In this document: positions 1 through 10,486 of the stretch, one piece after another
How the letters are laid out: each line of letters begins with the position of its first letter
Numbering within the stretch: the first letter of the stretch is position 1
IMG/VR virus record: IMGVR_UViG_3300028888_000073
Span: 1-64,000 of that record
Length of the DNA stretch: 64,000 nt
Source: a virus
Lineage: Duplodnaviria > Caudoviricetes
Reading direction: 5' to 3' (one strand)
Notes under the pieces: generated by a model
What the model was told of the DNA's origin: nothing
Seen by the model: only the letters and a program-made list of their open reading frames with translations
Database searches by the model: none
Program-made: the position numbers and the translations under genes

Positions 1-563
1 CGAGGTGTTATATGTCCACTACCCTGACCAAGTGGGTATGTGCAAGCAAAAACAGTTGCAACTATTTTATCAACATACGTCACATCTTGATACATCTCTC
101 TATGCATTCTGAATGAGACTGATACATCCCTAGGTCCACTATTTTGGTATATCTGGAAAGGTTCTGATCTTCCTATAGGATTCTGTGTACTATAGTTAGC
201 CTGTCTTGAATCATTAAATGTTTCAGGGTAACTTGGGAATCCTATAGTTCCAATTCCATCAACTTCAAGTGTACATTTTCCATCACTGTTAAAACCTATT
301 GTGTTCGTAATTCCTTCTGAATTAGGAACAGAACCCCACAAAACTGAAACAGGATAACTTGTAATTGCGTTGTCAGTTACAGGAACAATAGGGACTCTAA
401 TTACCTTCGGCAGTCCAACAACTTTTGACAGTGTATCCGGAATTGGAGGATATAAGTTATTTATTTTTAATATCTCCTGTCTTGATACATGGAATTTGAT
501 AGCTAGTAAGCTGAAAGTATCTACATCTGTCCATGCATAATTCTCATAGTCCGTATATGGCAT
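1..563 (-). CDS. LysM-containing baseplate/tail-tube initiator protein (runs off the left edge)
   Basis: Not in the ORF track. Hand translation from ATG 563 (GGAG upstream) gives MPYTDYENYAWTDVDTFSLLAIKFHVSRQEILKINNL (LysM-like), then FPSYPETFNDSRQANYSTQNPIGRSEPFQIYQNSGPRDVSVSF. Lies downstream of the tape measure gene. Confidence 0.7.
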   Translation of the reverse strand, partial: MPYTDYENYAWTDVDTFSLLAIKFHVSRQEILKINNLYPPIPDTLSKVVGLPKVIRVPIVPVTDNAITSYPVSVLWGSVPNSEGITNTIGFNSDGKCTLEVDGIGTIGFPSYPETFNDSRQANYSTQNPIGRSEPFQIYQNSGPRDVSVSFRMHREMYQDVTYVDKIVATVFACTYPLGQGSGHITP

Positions 564-1380
564 TACTATCAACTCCATAATCTAATAATGCGAATTTTTC
601 TGTGAATATATCAAAATATCCGGTTACAAAAATCGGAAGTGAGTTGCTGTAATTTACACGCTGTCTCTGATAATTTGTCAGAACTGCTGTGAGGTCTTTA
701 CGTTCATCCTCATTATTCCATACGCCGCGCTCATGTCTGGTAAGATCAAAATCACGTAAAAACAACTTCTGTACATAATATATTTCATCTCTACTAGAAT
801 TAGGGCTTATTGTCCGACCTAAAAGATATGAAAGAACAAGATCATCAATCTCACATATTCCTTTGTCAATTCCCCAAGATGCCATGTAACTAATATCATC
901 CTTATATGTTATATCAGTTCCGTCATATTCAAAAAACAGTGGAGTATCTTTATAGTTGAACATGTCAACTTCACCGTTTATCAACTTAGGTCTGTATGCA
1001 TAAGTCGGTGAATCTGTAGAGCCAATATTAACCGCTTCCGGGACGCTGTACGTATTGTACAGTTTCATGTAATCATCTGTAAGTTTATTATTGCTTATAT
1101 CGTCAAAGCATCTAAGTTTTCCTCCGTGATTATTACATAAGAAATAATTCTTAATTGAAATAATATCTGTCAACTTCTTTGTCGGAATATCTGCCTGTTT
1201 TTGATCAATAATAGGGTACATATAGTCTAAATATTTTGCAATATAGTGAGCCATGCCATAATCAATATTCTGTGAAACATAGTATTCACCATTTAGTTTA
1301 ATTTTCCGGTTGTAATCTTCCTTTAAGTAGTTTTGTAAATAGGACATTACAATTGATTTCTGATTAAACACAATACTCAC
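544..1380 (-). CDS. Putative baseplate-region protein with a peptidoglycan-binding-like C-terminus
   Basis: Position after the tape measure gene; C-terminal EIYYVQKLF...LTNYQ...VTGYFD resembles a PG-binding helix bundle. Confidence 0.4.
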   Translation of the reverse strand: MSIVFNQKSIVMSYLQNYLKEDYNRKIKLNGEYYVSQNIDYGMAHYIAKYLDYMYPIIDQKQADIPTKKLTDIISIKNYFLCNNHGGKLRCFDDISNNKLTDDYMKLYNTYSVPEAVNIGSTDSPTYAYRPKLINGEVDMFNYKDTPLFFEYDGTDITYKDDISYMASWGIDKGICEIDDLVLSYLLGRTISPNSSRDEIYYVQKLFLRDFDLTRHERGVWNNEDERKDLTAVLTNYQRQRVNYSNSLPIFVTGYFDIFTEKFALLDYGVDSNAIYGL

Positions 1381-1393
1381 TATATTGCACCCC

Positions 1394-4300
1394 TTATCTT
1401 GTTGTAGTTAGTTGCTGTATATTAGTATTCATATTTAGTAGATTTTGATTCTTCACTCCACCAAAAGATGACAATCCTGCAAATCCAATAAGTTTTGTGA
1501 TATGCTCTAGGTATCCCGCTATCTTATTCAAGGTTTCGGATAGTGTAGATGTTTGGCTTCCAACAGCCGCTTCAAACTTATCGGTGTTTATGTCAATTTT
1601 TCCTAGTTGTTGTGTATCGAAAACTGTAGCACTATTGTCAACTGTAGAACTATTTGTTATAAATGATGACATTAGTTCTGTTAGCGTTCGATCATATGTT
1701 GTAATTCTGTCGTTATCTGCACCACTAATAGCTTTTGAAATTTCATCATTATAGGCATCTAATATCTTATTCACATCAATGTTGTTATATGCAATTGCAC
1801 TATAGTCCGGAATAAGATCAGTCGTGTCTAAAGCAGAATCAACTCTACTCATAAAGTTATTCACAACTTCAGTTGTATCAAGTGCAGAATCTAATTTTGT
1901 TTCGTATTGTTTCTCAACATAATCTTTATCAAATACATTTGTAATAACATCATTATATTTCTGCATGAACTCTTGTTTATTCAAATCAGGAATTGGCGTT
2001 ACTGTATCTGTGTGGTATTTCTTAGCTTTTATATCATCAAGTGAGGATTCAATAGCACTAAAGTCATAAGCGTTTTCTACAAAAACAGAATATGTAATAC
2101 TATCATCAGCACCAAAACCTGCGCCAACGTCATATGAAAAATCACTATTGACACTGTATGTCGTTTGATTATTTTGTGTCACATCAGAATTTCTATCAAT
2201 TCCATCTAGCTTATCAAGCATATCCAATTTGTCAAATTTATCGAAATATCTTGTAATGTTTTCAGATGCACTAATCGTGTCAGCGGACATTTTGTTGAAT
2301 TCTTCTGCTTCTTCCTTTGTTAGAACTCTTTCTCCCTCATGAAGTAGCGCCGGAAATTCGTCATACGGGACATAGGATAGACCGGATTCATATTTTCCAA
2401 CTATCTGATATGTTTGGTTGTGTGACAATACCGGAAGTCCATTACTGTCAACCGCTATTACACCATCTTTTCTTTGAACTCCTAAAGAAAATCCTGAATC
2501 ATTCGGATGATATTTATTTATATAGGCAAATTCAAGATCATCCATACTTGCAGACGGATTACTATCAACTACTGCCTTCCACATCTTTTGAAATTCGGCG
2601 TTTTCTGCATCATACTTTTTACGGTTTTCAATACCAGTATTAAGCATTTCAGAAATTTGTGAAAGTGATTCTTCTGTGATAGGATTTTTCTGTTTATAGC
2701 CGCGAGTTGTTATAAACTTATCCTCTGCCATTTGGTTTCCGTATTTTTTAATATATTCTTCAATGCCAACTTCTTCACCGGAAGCAATATAAGCATCTAT
2801 AATATCTTGATATGTATCCCAACCAATAGCACTTGTAATGTTACCGCCGACAACTGAACCAGATTGCTCCAATTCTTTCATCTGCTTTGTCTGTCCTGTG
2901 TAAGCATCTTGATAAGATTCAAGTGCCTTGATCATTGATTCGTCAAGTTCTGCCTTTGCAACTGCTTTTTCTTTTGTTCCAACTTCTTCAACAGTAGGAG
3001 TTAGTATTCTTTTTTCAAATATGTCTTCTATTTGTTCATCAGTCATTCCTGAAAGTTCCTGTGCCGTTGCTTTACCCTGATCAACTAACTCTACCTTTTT
3101 TTGGGCAATACTTAAATTTTTATACTCATCAACCTGTGCTCGTACTGCATCTAATTCTTCAATAGATGCTTGTTTGAAGTTACTTGCCGCTGTGTATAAT
3201 TCACTATATACTTCTTCATCTTGTGAAACTTTATCAGCTAGCATCTGACCAATACTACCAGATATTGCACCAACAGCACCGCCGACAGCACCACCTATCG
3301 GACCACCTGCGGCAGAACCGATAACAGTTCCCATTCCTGTGAAGAATTCAGTATCTAATACATTCAGTAATACATCTTCTGTTGAATCTGTATCTAGGTC
3401 TGATTGGTTGATACCGTCCGCAATAGCATGTATCATAATACCAGCACCGACTGAACCACCTGCAACTTTTCCAACTGTTCCGAGAGTAGTACCACTAGCA
3501 CCAGTCATGAAATTACCAGTATTAGAACCTACTAAACTAGACATATTAGCATTTCCAGTAAACAAATCAGATGCAAAGTTTCCAACAAATGAACCTAGAC
3601 CATTTGAAATAAATGTCCAAGAACTCTGAATACCGTCAGATATAATACTTACCCAACGCTTATATTCCTCATTGCCTTCATATCTCTCTTGTGCAGATTG
3701 TGCGGCTTCGTATACTAGATCATTATTCTCTGCCTGTTTGTTCAAAGCACTCGTCATAGACTTGAAGTCTCCGCTTTGAACGCCTTTCTTCATTTCCGCA
3801 TAGATTTCATCAAGTCTATCTTGTGAGAAATCTAATTCCTGTCTATTGGTGTCTTGTATCCTGTTTATACCTCTTAAAGCATCCTGCACACTCATGCTTA
3901 AACCGTAAGTATCAAGAACGTGTGCAAGATATTCAGGATTTGCACTATACTCTGTAAGAACACGTTGAAGTTCCTGAGTAATTAGTGTCATAGCCTGTCC
4001 AGTATTTTTAGAGATTGTTTCAGCATTTAATCCATAGTCATCCGCTATGATGTTAAGCATCTTGTCAAATGTAGAACCCTCTCCAAGTTTACCTTCCATC
4101 ATCTCATTGACGATTCCTGCAACAACATTCGGATCAATACCTGCAACTTGCATTTCATATCCTGCACCAAGTGATTGTTCTACTAGATTATCACTAATAG
4201 CTTCTGCAAATGTTCCACCACCCGCAGTAAATGCATTCATTGCGGTATTCATTAGAGTATTAGCACCGCCGTGAACGGTTGCAACATCATATCCCTGATC

Positions 4301-5893
4301 TCTTGCAGTTGCTTCCATTGTGGCAATATTCATCATAAAATCAGATAACTCACTGAGTGTTTGATCTTGTGTCTTGCCTTGTGCAATGGAATTCTGATAC
4401 ATCTGCTGAATATATTTCAATGATTCTTCATTTGTTAAATCAAATGAAGAACCAAATGCTTTCAATTCTGCCTGTGACCACGCAAGCTGTTCAAGGAGTG
4501 ACTGATCTACAATACCTGCGCTTGAAATGCCTACAATAGCTTCATTAAGGTCAACATCACTTATAACATTTTCATATCCGGCTAGTCTCACACGCTCTTC
4601 TAGCCGATTCTCCATTTCCTCAAAAGCACCTTGATCTAATTTAAGTCTAGTAGAAACTTCGTTTCTAGTGCCTTCCATAGAATCATATAGTCTGTCAAAT
4701 GCTTCAAGGAATCTATCAAAATATTTATTTCTGATAGTCTCAAAAATGTTATTAAGTGATTTTGTTATAACATTTCCAACAACATTTCCAAGCGTCTTTC
4801 CGACATTCTGCTGAGAAAATGTCCTCATCAGCCCACGACCAATACGACCATTATTCCCATACGTTCTTAGTAGTGCTTGCTGTTCTGCAAGTGCTTGATC
4901 CTGTCTTTGCAGTTCTGCTAATTGAGCATTTGCGGCATCTAATTGTTCCTGAGTTGTATACTGCCCGTTTGTAATACCAGATTGAATAGATTGAATTTGT
5001 TGACTAATATTAATCATTTGCTGTTGAAGTAAAGTACCAAGATTACTAATCGCTCTTTCTTCATCTTCACCAGTTGTGCTAGTGGACATTATGTTTGGCA
5101 AACCTAAATCAGATAGCGCGGATGCCGCATGTTCCATATTGTCTTGAAAATCTCTATTGAACTGTATAAGTGTTCTGTTCTGATCACGGAAATCACGCTC
5201 TTGATTAGACAGTCTTTCATTCAGATCATCAAATCTTCTGTCAATATTAGTTAGATTGTTTAATTGCTCTAAGTTGTTTTGAAGTCCTTGTATTCTTGAT
5301 TCTAGCGTATCGCGGTCAGACTGCTGTGTTGTAATAGATAGTTGATTCTGTAAATGCTCTATTTCAGTTGAAATATCTTGCATTTGCTGACCAATAGAAA
5401 CATTTGAACCAGTTGCATTACGAACATCATCTGAAAGTCTCTGTATTGCTTCTGTAACAGCCGCCTGTTGTTGTATACGCATATCACGTTCTCTAGTAGC
5501 TTCAAGCATTTGATGCTCATTAAGCCGACCGGACTGTATTCTGCTATTTAAGTTTCGTATTGTTTCATCTAATGATTCAGAAAGTGACCTTGTTAAATCC
5601 TTAAAGTCTGTTTCAGCATTGTCACGGTTACGTCTACGTGAACTAGAACCATACTGCATCTGTGCGCGAGACTGCTGTGCATTCTGTGTTGTGGCTCTTC
5701 TAGCGTTTTCTGTAAGAAATCTCTTAATACCCGCCATTTCAGAACTAATGCTTTGAAGTGTATCATTTAGATTAGAGATTATCACTGACATTGATGCCTG
5801 TGTTGTATCCTGATTAGCTGTGTTTCTTCCAACAACGGGTACTCCGGGTTGTAGCCACGGAAGACTGTTTTGACTGTCATTATTAGATGCCAT
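1394..5893 (-). CDS. Tape measure protein
   Basis: 1499 aa, Gln/Ala-rich helical sequence; Gly-rich hydrophobic segment (GSAAGGPIGGAVGGAVG); YESGLSYVPYDEFPALLHEGERVLT motif typical of tape measure C-termini; follows the tube and chaperone genes. Confidence 0.88.
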   Translation of the reverse strand: MASNNDSQNSLPWLQPGVPVVGRNTANQDTTQASMSVIISNLNDTLQSISSEMAGIKRFLTENARRATTQNAQQSRAQMQYGSSSRRRNRDNAETDFKDLTRSLSESLDETIRNLNSRIQSGRLNEHQMLEATRERDMRIQQQAAVTEAIQRLSDDVRNATGSNVSIGQQMQDISTEIEHLQNQLSITTQQSDRDTLESRIQGLQNNLEQLNNLTNIDRRFDDLNERLSNQERDFRDQNRTLIQFNRDFQDNMEHAASALSDLGLPNIMSTSTTGEDEERAISNLGTLLQQQMINISQQIQSIQSGITNGQYTTQEQLDAANAQLAELQRQDQALAEQQALLRTYGNNGRIGRGLMRTFSQQNVGKTLGNVVGNVITKSLNNIFETIRNKYFDRFLEAFDRLYDSMEGTRNEVSTRLKLDQGAFEEMENRLEERVRLAGYENVISDVDLNEAIVGISSAGIVDQSLLEQLAWSQAELKAFGSSFDLTNEESLKYIQQMYQNSIAQGKTQDQTLSELSDFMMNIATMEATARDQGYDVATVHGGANTLMNTAMNAFTAGGGTFAEAISDNLVEQSLGAGYEMQVAGIDPNVVAGIVNEMMEGKLGEGSTFDKMLNIIADDYGLNAETISKNTGQAMTLITQELQRVLTEYSANPEYLAHVLDTYGLSMSVQDALRGINRIQDTNRQELDFSQDRLDEIYAEMKKGVQSGDFKSMTSALNKQAENNDLVYEAAQSAQERYEGNEEYKRWVSIISDGIQSSWTFISNGLGSFVGNFASDLFTGNANMSSLVGSNTGNFMTGASGTTLGTVGKVAGGSVGAGIMIHAIADGINQSDLDTDSTEDVLLNVLDTEFFTGMGTVIGSAAGGPIGGAVGGAVGAISGSIGQMLADKVSQDEEVYSELYTAASNFKQASIEELDAVRAQVDEYKNLSIAQKKVELVDQGKATAQELSGMTDEQIEDIFEKRILTPTVEEVGTKEKAVAKAELDESMIKALESYQDAYTGQTKQMKELEQSGSVVGGNITSAIGWDTYQDIIDAYIASGEEVGIEEYIKKYGNQMAEDKFITTRGYKQKNPITEESLSQISEMLNTGIENRKKYDAENAEFQKMWKAVVDSNPSASMDDLEFAYINKYHPNDSGFSLGVQRKDGVIAVDSNGLPVLSHNQTYQIVGKYESGLSYVPYDEFPALLHEGERVLTKEEAEEFNKMSADTISASENITRYFDKFDKLDMLDKLDGIDRNSDVTQNNQTTYSVNSDFSYDVGAGFGADDSITYSVFVENAYDFSAIESSLDDIKAKKYHTDTVTPIPDLNKQEFMQKYNDVITNVFDKDYVEKQYETKLDSALDTTEVVNNFMSRVDSALDTTDLIPDYSAIAYNNIDVNKILDAYNDEISKAISGADNDRITTYDRTLTELMSSFITNSSTVDNSATVFDTQQLGKIDINTDKFEAAVGSQTSTLSETLNKIAGYLEHITKLIGFAGLSSFGGVKNQNLLNMNTNIQQLTTTR

Positions 5894-5900
5894 TTAGAAA

Positions 5901-6140
5901 TCACCGCCCACTATGCTTAGTCTTATGCATCTCTCTTTGTTCCTTTAATTGCTGTAAATATTTCTTCTTATCTTCTTCCGCCTGTCTTAGTGTTGATAGT
6001 AGTATAACACGGTCATTTATTGGAAGATTCTCTATTTCAGATATGGAAACAGCACCTTTAGACAAACACGCAATAAACAACTCTTCTTTTAGAACTTGTT
6101 CATACCTATATGATGAGTATGGTTTTCCCTTAATCATCAA
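5901..6140 (-). CDS. Tail/baseplate assembly chaperone, second ORF (probably reached by frameshift)
   Basis: Overlaps the upstream chaperone and has no clear RBS; SISEIENLPINDR resembles gp51/GT-type segments; lies directly before the tape measure gene. Confidence 0.6.
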   Translation of the reverse strand: MMIKGKPYSSYRYEQVLKEELFIACLSKGAVSISEIENLPINDRVILLSTLRQAEEDKKKYLQQLKEQREMHKTKHSGR

Positions 6141-6924
6141 AGACGGGTCGAAAAAATTCTCTATCAGGTCTTAGAATCCAGAGTGCAAGACCGTTACACT
6201 TAATAGGATTCTCGCATAAAGTTGTTCCATATCTAACTACACCAAACGTCTTATTATCAATATGCTCTTTGTAATAGTGGAAATCTCTTGAAATTAGAGA
6301 CTCAACATAATCTTTAACAAGAACATAGTCAATCTGTTCTCCATTCACATACTGAATTCTTCTATGCATTTCAAGTTCAAATGTAGGATCGCCAATCATG
6401 TTTGGATTCTTAGCAAGCATCTTATCGCGCTCATTTTCAATGTCAATACGATCTTTAACTCTTAGGATTCTGCAACCTAACGTGTCGCCGTTCTGTGGCA
6501 GAGGTCCTACATCATAAGGCTCTGTGAAATCTTCCGGAACTAGGTTATACACAAGCTGAGATAAATCAACTTTGTAAATAAATTTATGACCGCATTCCGG
6601 ACAAACCGCTTCTGTTTTGTACATCGGACCGTAAGAAAGGATTCTAAGTTTAACACACACTGCGAAAAAATCAAAATCTGTAAGATTTTCACTATTAAAC
6701 CTATATGTGCCATCCTGATTCTTATTGTCTACAATGCACTCATTTATAATCATACTCATAGTTTTGTAAAAAGATTGACCACTAAGACGGATTCTTTCCT
6801 CTTTTGTGGTCATCGCTCTAAGAGTTAGACTACCATCGAATGCGTCACCATACAGCTTAGTAGCCGCACTAGGCAGAATAATCTTTTCAGTAATTAAATT
6901 TGAACTCATACCATTTTCCTCCAT
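6130..6924 (-). CDS. T4 gp26-like baseplate hub/tail assembly chaperone
   Basis: LPS...LRAMTTKEE...LRILSYG...CPECG zinc motif, ending FFRP; lies between tube and tape measure. Confidence 0.75.
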   Translation of the reverse strand: MEENGMSSNLITEKIILPSAATKLYGDAFDGSLTLRAMTTKEERIRLSGQSFYKTMSMIINECIVDNKNQDGTYRFNSENLTDFDFFAVCVKLRILSYGPMYKTEAVCPECGHKFIYKVDLSQLVYNLVPEDFTEPYDVGPLPQNGDTLGCRILRVKDRIDIENERDKMLAKNPNMIGDPTFELEMHRRIQYVNGEQIDYVLVKDYVESLISRDFHYYKEHIDNKTFGVVRYGTTLCENPIKCNGLALWILRPDREFFRPVFDD

Positions 6925-6991
6925 TTAGTAATGATTCATAAAAACCGTATTATATAAAATAATGTTTACCAGAAACATAAAATTTATAAAG

Positions 6992-7020
6992 TAAGGTGGA
7001 TACTTTCTGTACCCACCTTA
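6992..7020 (-). terminator. Stem-loop downstream of the tail tube gene
   Basis: TAAGGTGG...CCACCTTA inverted repeat. Confidence 0.55.
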
Positions 7021-7040
7021 TTATAACATATTTAATTGAA

Positions 7041-7598
7041 TTAGTCAAGCGGAATTGCAACATCGACATAGAATGTTACGGAAATCTGACGAATTTCGTT
7101 ATTATCATTGTCGAAGTCACCCGGCTCAACATTACCGGGGAAGCATCCTCTAAGCTGTGTACGTCTTACGACAGTACCATCAGGAGAATACTCAAAGAGG
7201 TAGCCATCACGCTTGTATTGGCTTGCCCAACCGATAGTTTCATTTTTCGGATCATAAACTCTCTTATGCCAACCCATAAGGATTCTCTCTGTCTGAATAC
7301 CGATAAAGTCATTAACAACGATTGTTACATCGCCGTATTCAGGCTTTCCGGCAAAGTTGATAGAGTTGTTTCCATAGCTGACAGTCAGCTTGCCAACGGA
7401 TGTTGACGGATAGGAAACGCTCTTTACGGACAGCGTAAGAAGTTCAGACGCATTTGTAGGAAGTGCAATACCCTGATCAATAGTTGTAAGGTCGCCTAGA
7501 TTCGGGAATTGTACCTCAAAGTTATTTGTTCTCTGTGGCTCCCAGTTGTTATCACCAATCATGTGATAAGCACCAAGACGTAGCGGTGCATTTGCCAT
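7041..7598 (-). CDS. Tail tube protein (T4 gp19-like)
   Basis: EPQRTNNFEV, FAGKPEY, W...YDP..G...YKRDG, GCFP; immediately downstream of the sheath gene. Confidence 0.9.
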   Translation of the reverse strand: MANAPLRLGAYHMIGDNNWEPQRTNNFEVQFPNLGDLTTIDQGIALPTNASELLTLSVKSVSYPSTSVGKLTVSYGNNSINFAGKPEYGDVTIVVNDFIGIQTERILMGWHKRVYDPKNETIGWASQYKRDGYLFEYSPDGTVVRRTQLRGCFPGNVEPGDFDNDNNEIRQISVTFYVDVAIPLD

Positions 7599-7615
7599 AC
7601 CTAGTCACTCCTTTC

Positions 7616-10066
7616 TTATTCTCCGGTAAACGTAACACCTGCGGCAGTGATGATGAAATCAATGTCGAAGAACTCTGCTGTTCTAGTCGGTGAAATAAAT
7701 ACCTTACCCGGACATCTAAGCTGATTAATGTCATCAGTTGTGACCGTAGATTCATCCATTACAATCTTATAGCCGTACAGACCTTCATTGTACTGCATGT
7801 ATCTAAGGAATTCATCCATAGCGGCATAGAATTTCAGCCAAAGTTTTGAAGTGTTCGGCTCAAATGCAAGATTCAGACATACATCAAAAATCTTCTTCTT
7901 GACAACATTAGCAATAAGTCTAACATTCAGACTTTCAAGTGCAGAATGTGTATACATATCAATTGCTTGGAGAGTTGTGTACTGTCCAAAGATTACGTAT
8001 CCATACTGCTTTAGTCTCATGATAGGATTAACTCTCATAATGTTATCATTCTGCCAAGCATTGAGTAGTGTAGAACCGATCTCAAATTCAGGCTTAACAA
8101 CAACAGATGCGGTTGCTCTCTTAACACCTGCCGGAGGTGCCCACTTCTGCGCTTCCACATTATTAATCACATTGGAAAGGAATGTATACAGGAACACGTA
8201 AGAAGGGCTAACAAGAAGTTGATTATTCGTATAGTTAGGATCTCTAACATAGCACCACGGGAAGTGAATTGTTCCGTAAGATGTATTCAGCATACCAGAG
8301 TAATCAACAATCAGAGTGCGGTCATAAGTGTTTGGAACATCAAAGAGCGCGATGCAGTCTTTTCTAGTCTCGACAAGTGATCTCATCTCATCATGAATCG
8401 GATTAACTCTCTTGTATACGCTAATAGTACCATCACTGGAAACTTCAAGATATTCACTAACACCTGTAGAAGTAGAGCGCACCGGAACAAGATGACCGTT
8501 ATCCAGTTTCGTAAACCACTCATCATAAACCAGACCGGAACTTGTAATGAAGTCAAAATCGAAAATATACGGATCATCGAAATTCTTATACACATTTGTT
8601 AATTGTGCATAAATTCCATTGATAATACCGGGATTAGGTCCAATAGACTGACCATCAATAGTCTGTTCAACACTACCGTAAACCTCTGAATTGTAGAGGT
8701 CAACATCTTTAATGTTAAACGTACCAGTTGCACTCTCACTGCTATTCTCAATATATCCCTTGAATCCTCTTTCTAGCTTCGCGTACAGCGGATCTGAGAA
8801 TGCAAAATCCTTACCGCCTGTGAGAATAGAATCTGATCTGTATTGTGCAGAACGCTTTTCAGGCGTTGCAGAAGTTCCATCCCATACGTAGGCGGAAGAA
8901 CGAATTGAAATTTCAGGGAATCCGGAGTACACAGTAATGGAATCACCGTCAACAGTTGCAGGATTACCTTCAATATTACTCCAAATCACAGATAGTTCTG
9001 ATCTTGCATTTGCAGTCGGAACAATCTCAATATAATCAAATTCAACATCCTCAAAGTAATAAATACTGTTCGGATTTGTAGAAACTCTCTTAGTTTCAAG
9101 CGGAACTGCTCTAGTAATTGTAACAATTGGCTTATCAGCAACATATCTAACATTTTTGTACACTCTGTAAACAGTGATATTTGCATACTGATTCTTTTCA
9201 GAAACATTAGCAGACACAATCGGAGAAATACCAATTGCAATGTTGTTACCAAACGAACCAGTGTATTTAGCGTTAATACCTCTAATCTGCGGAGCGAATG
9301 TGTAATCAGCCGCTTTCTCATTCATGAAAGATAGACGGTTCCTAAGGATATCATACTGATTGAGTTTTACATCTGTATCTAGCTGATAGCAAACTTTAAC
9401 ATCTTGTTTATCTGTAACAGCTTCTTTCTTTGAAAGTGTAATTGTAGTACCTGCTGTTCCAGAACTTGCAGTACCCGTTTCAATTGTTGTTCCGTTCGTG
9501 GCAAAAACAGTCCAACGACTACCCGGAAGAATCTCTTTGGTTGTTGTAATTGTTGCTGTTGTAGTTTCATCAACTGTAACTTTTGAAACTTTTGTTGTTT
9601 CATAGTAATACTTACCCTCTGCGGAATCTACACCGTCAAGAACATAACCTGCTGTTGCCAGTGCCGCCATGTTAGCAGAACCCATGTTTGGATTTCCAGT
9701 TGTACCAAAAGTCGGTGTTGCTGTTCTATCAGCGGTAGGATCACTGGAAAGTTGTAAATTAGCCTTAGAACCACTGCTACCATTAAGTCTGACAACTGAA
9801 ACAGCCGCGCCTTTCTTCATAAGTTCTCTTGCATAGATTCTCGTATAGTCATTCGGAATGGGATTAAATTCAGGATCGGTGTCACCAAACAACTTGTTAA
9901 ATTCTGTGTAATCTGTAAACGTAGGACAATCAGTAATTGATTCTGTTTGAAGATCAACAGACGGTCCAAATGATGTGATTACAGGAACTAGAATTTTCAC
10001 ATAGTCATTAGACACCACTCTAGTTACGACACTTTGGTCAATTTCATTAACTTTGACTTGTGGCAT
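7616..10066 (-). CDS. Tail sheath protein (gp18-like)
   Basis: N-terminal PQVKVNEIDQS; RKDCIALFD, WAPPAG, VNPI, LNVRL, FEPN, PTRTAEFFDIDF sheath motifs. Confidence 0.93.
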   Translation of the reverse strand: MPQVKVNEIDQSVVTRVVSNDYVKILVPVITSFGPSVDLQTESITDCPTFTDYTEFNKLFGDTDPEFNPIPNDYTRIYARELMKKGAAVSVVRLNGSSGSKANLQLSSDPTADRTATPTFGTTGNPNMGSANMAALATAGYVLDGVDSAEGKYYYETTKVSKVTVDETTTATITTTKEILPGSRWTVFATNGTTIETGTASSGTAGTTITLSKKEAVTDKQDVKVCYQLDTDVKLNQYDILRNRLSFMNEKAADYTFAPQIRGINAKYTGSFGNNIAIGISPIVSANVSEKNQYANITVYRVYKNVRYVADKPIVTITRAVPLETKRVSTNPNSIYYFEDVEFDYIEIVPTANARSELSVIWSNIEGNPATVDGDSITVYSGFPEISIRSSAYVWDGTSATPEKRSAQYRSDSILTGGKDFAFSDPLYAKLERGFKGYIENSSESATGTFNIKDVDLYNSEVYGSVEQTIDGQSIGPNPGIINGIYAQLTNVYKNFDDPYIFDFDFITSSGLVYDEWFTKLDNGHLVPVRSTSTGVSEYLEVSSDGTISVYKRVNPIHDEMRSLVETRKDCIALFDVPNTYDRTLIVDYSGMLNTSYGTIHFPWCYVRDPNYTNNQLLVSPSYVFLYTFLSNVINNVEAQKWAPPAGVKRATASVVVKPEFEIGSTLLNAWQNDNIMRVNPIMRLKQYGYVIFGQYTTLQAIDMYTHSALESLNVRLIANVVKKKIFDVCLNLAFEPNTSKLWLKFYAAMDEFLRYMQYNEGLYGYKIVMDESTVTTDDINQLRCPGKVFISPTRTAEFFDIDFIITAAGVTFTGE

Positions 10067-10087
10067 TCTTCATTTCTCCCCTCTGAT

Positions 10088-10486
10088 TTAGGATTTTCTT
10101 CTTCTTCCTCGTCCGGACTTAGTGTCTGTTTGAGAATCATCTGTTGTTACATCAGATGCAGTCACATCATCAGTCACTTCTTTAGTTTTCTCCGGAATGT
10201 TAAACAGGCTAGTGGATTCTTTGGTTTCCTTTTCAACCTTTTCAACAACTGTTTCAACCTTTTCAGATTTTACAACTGTTTCAGGTTTCTTATCTGCAAC
10301 AACTGCTACAGGGGCTTCTACCTCAAAACAACTAATCTTGCCGCTATTCATGAAACGTGTATATGTTACATAATCATAAATCTTAGCATAGTCAAAGTGA
10401 TCATTCGGTGCAATAGTCGCTCCCTGAAATTTAATAAATTTGCCAGAAACATTTTTAACTCTGATCATTTCATTACCCCCAAACAT
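10088..10486 (-). CDS. Hypothetical virion-module protein with a low-complexity V/E/K/T tail
   Basis: ORF between neck and sheath genes; likely start at MIRVKN. Confidence 0.55.
   Translation of the reverse strand: MFGGNEMIRVKNVSGKFIKFQGATIAPNDHFDYAKIYDYVTYTRFMNSGKISCFEVEAPVAVVADKKPETVVKSEKVETVVEKVEKETKESTSLFNIPEKTKEVTDDVTASDVTTDDSQTDTKSGRGRRRKS

Noticed and set aside
1820-1895. DSALDTT duplication in the tape measure C-terminus
   Set aside because: Short internal repeats are routine in tape measure proteins.
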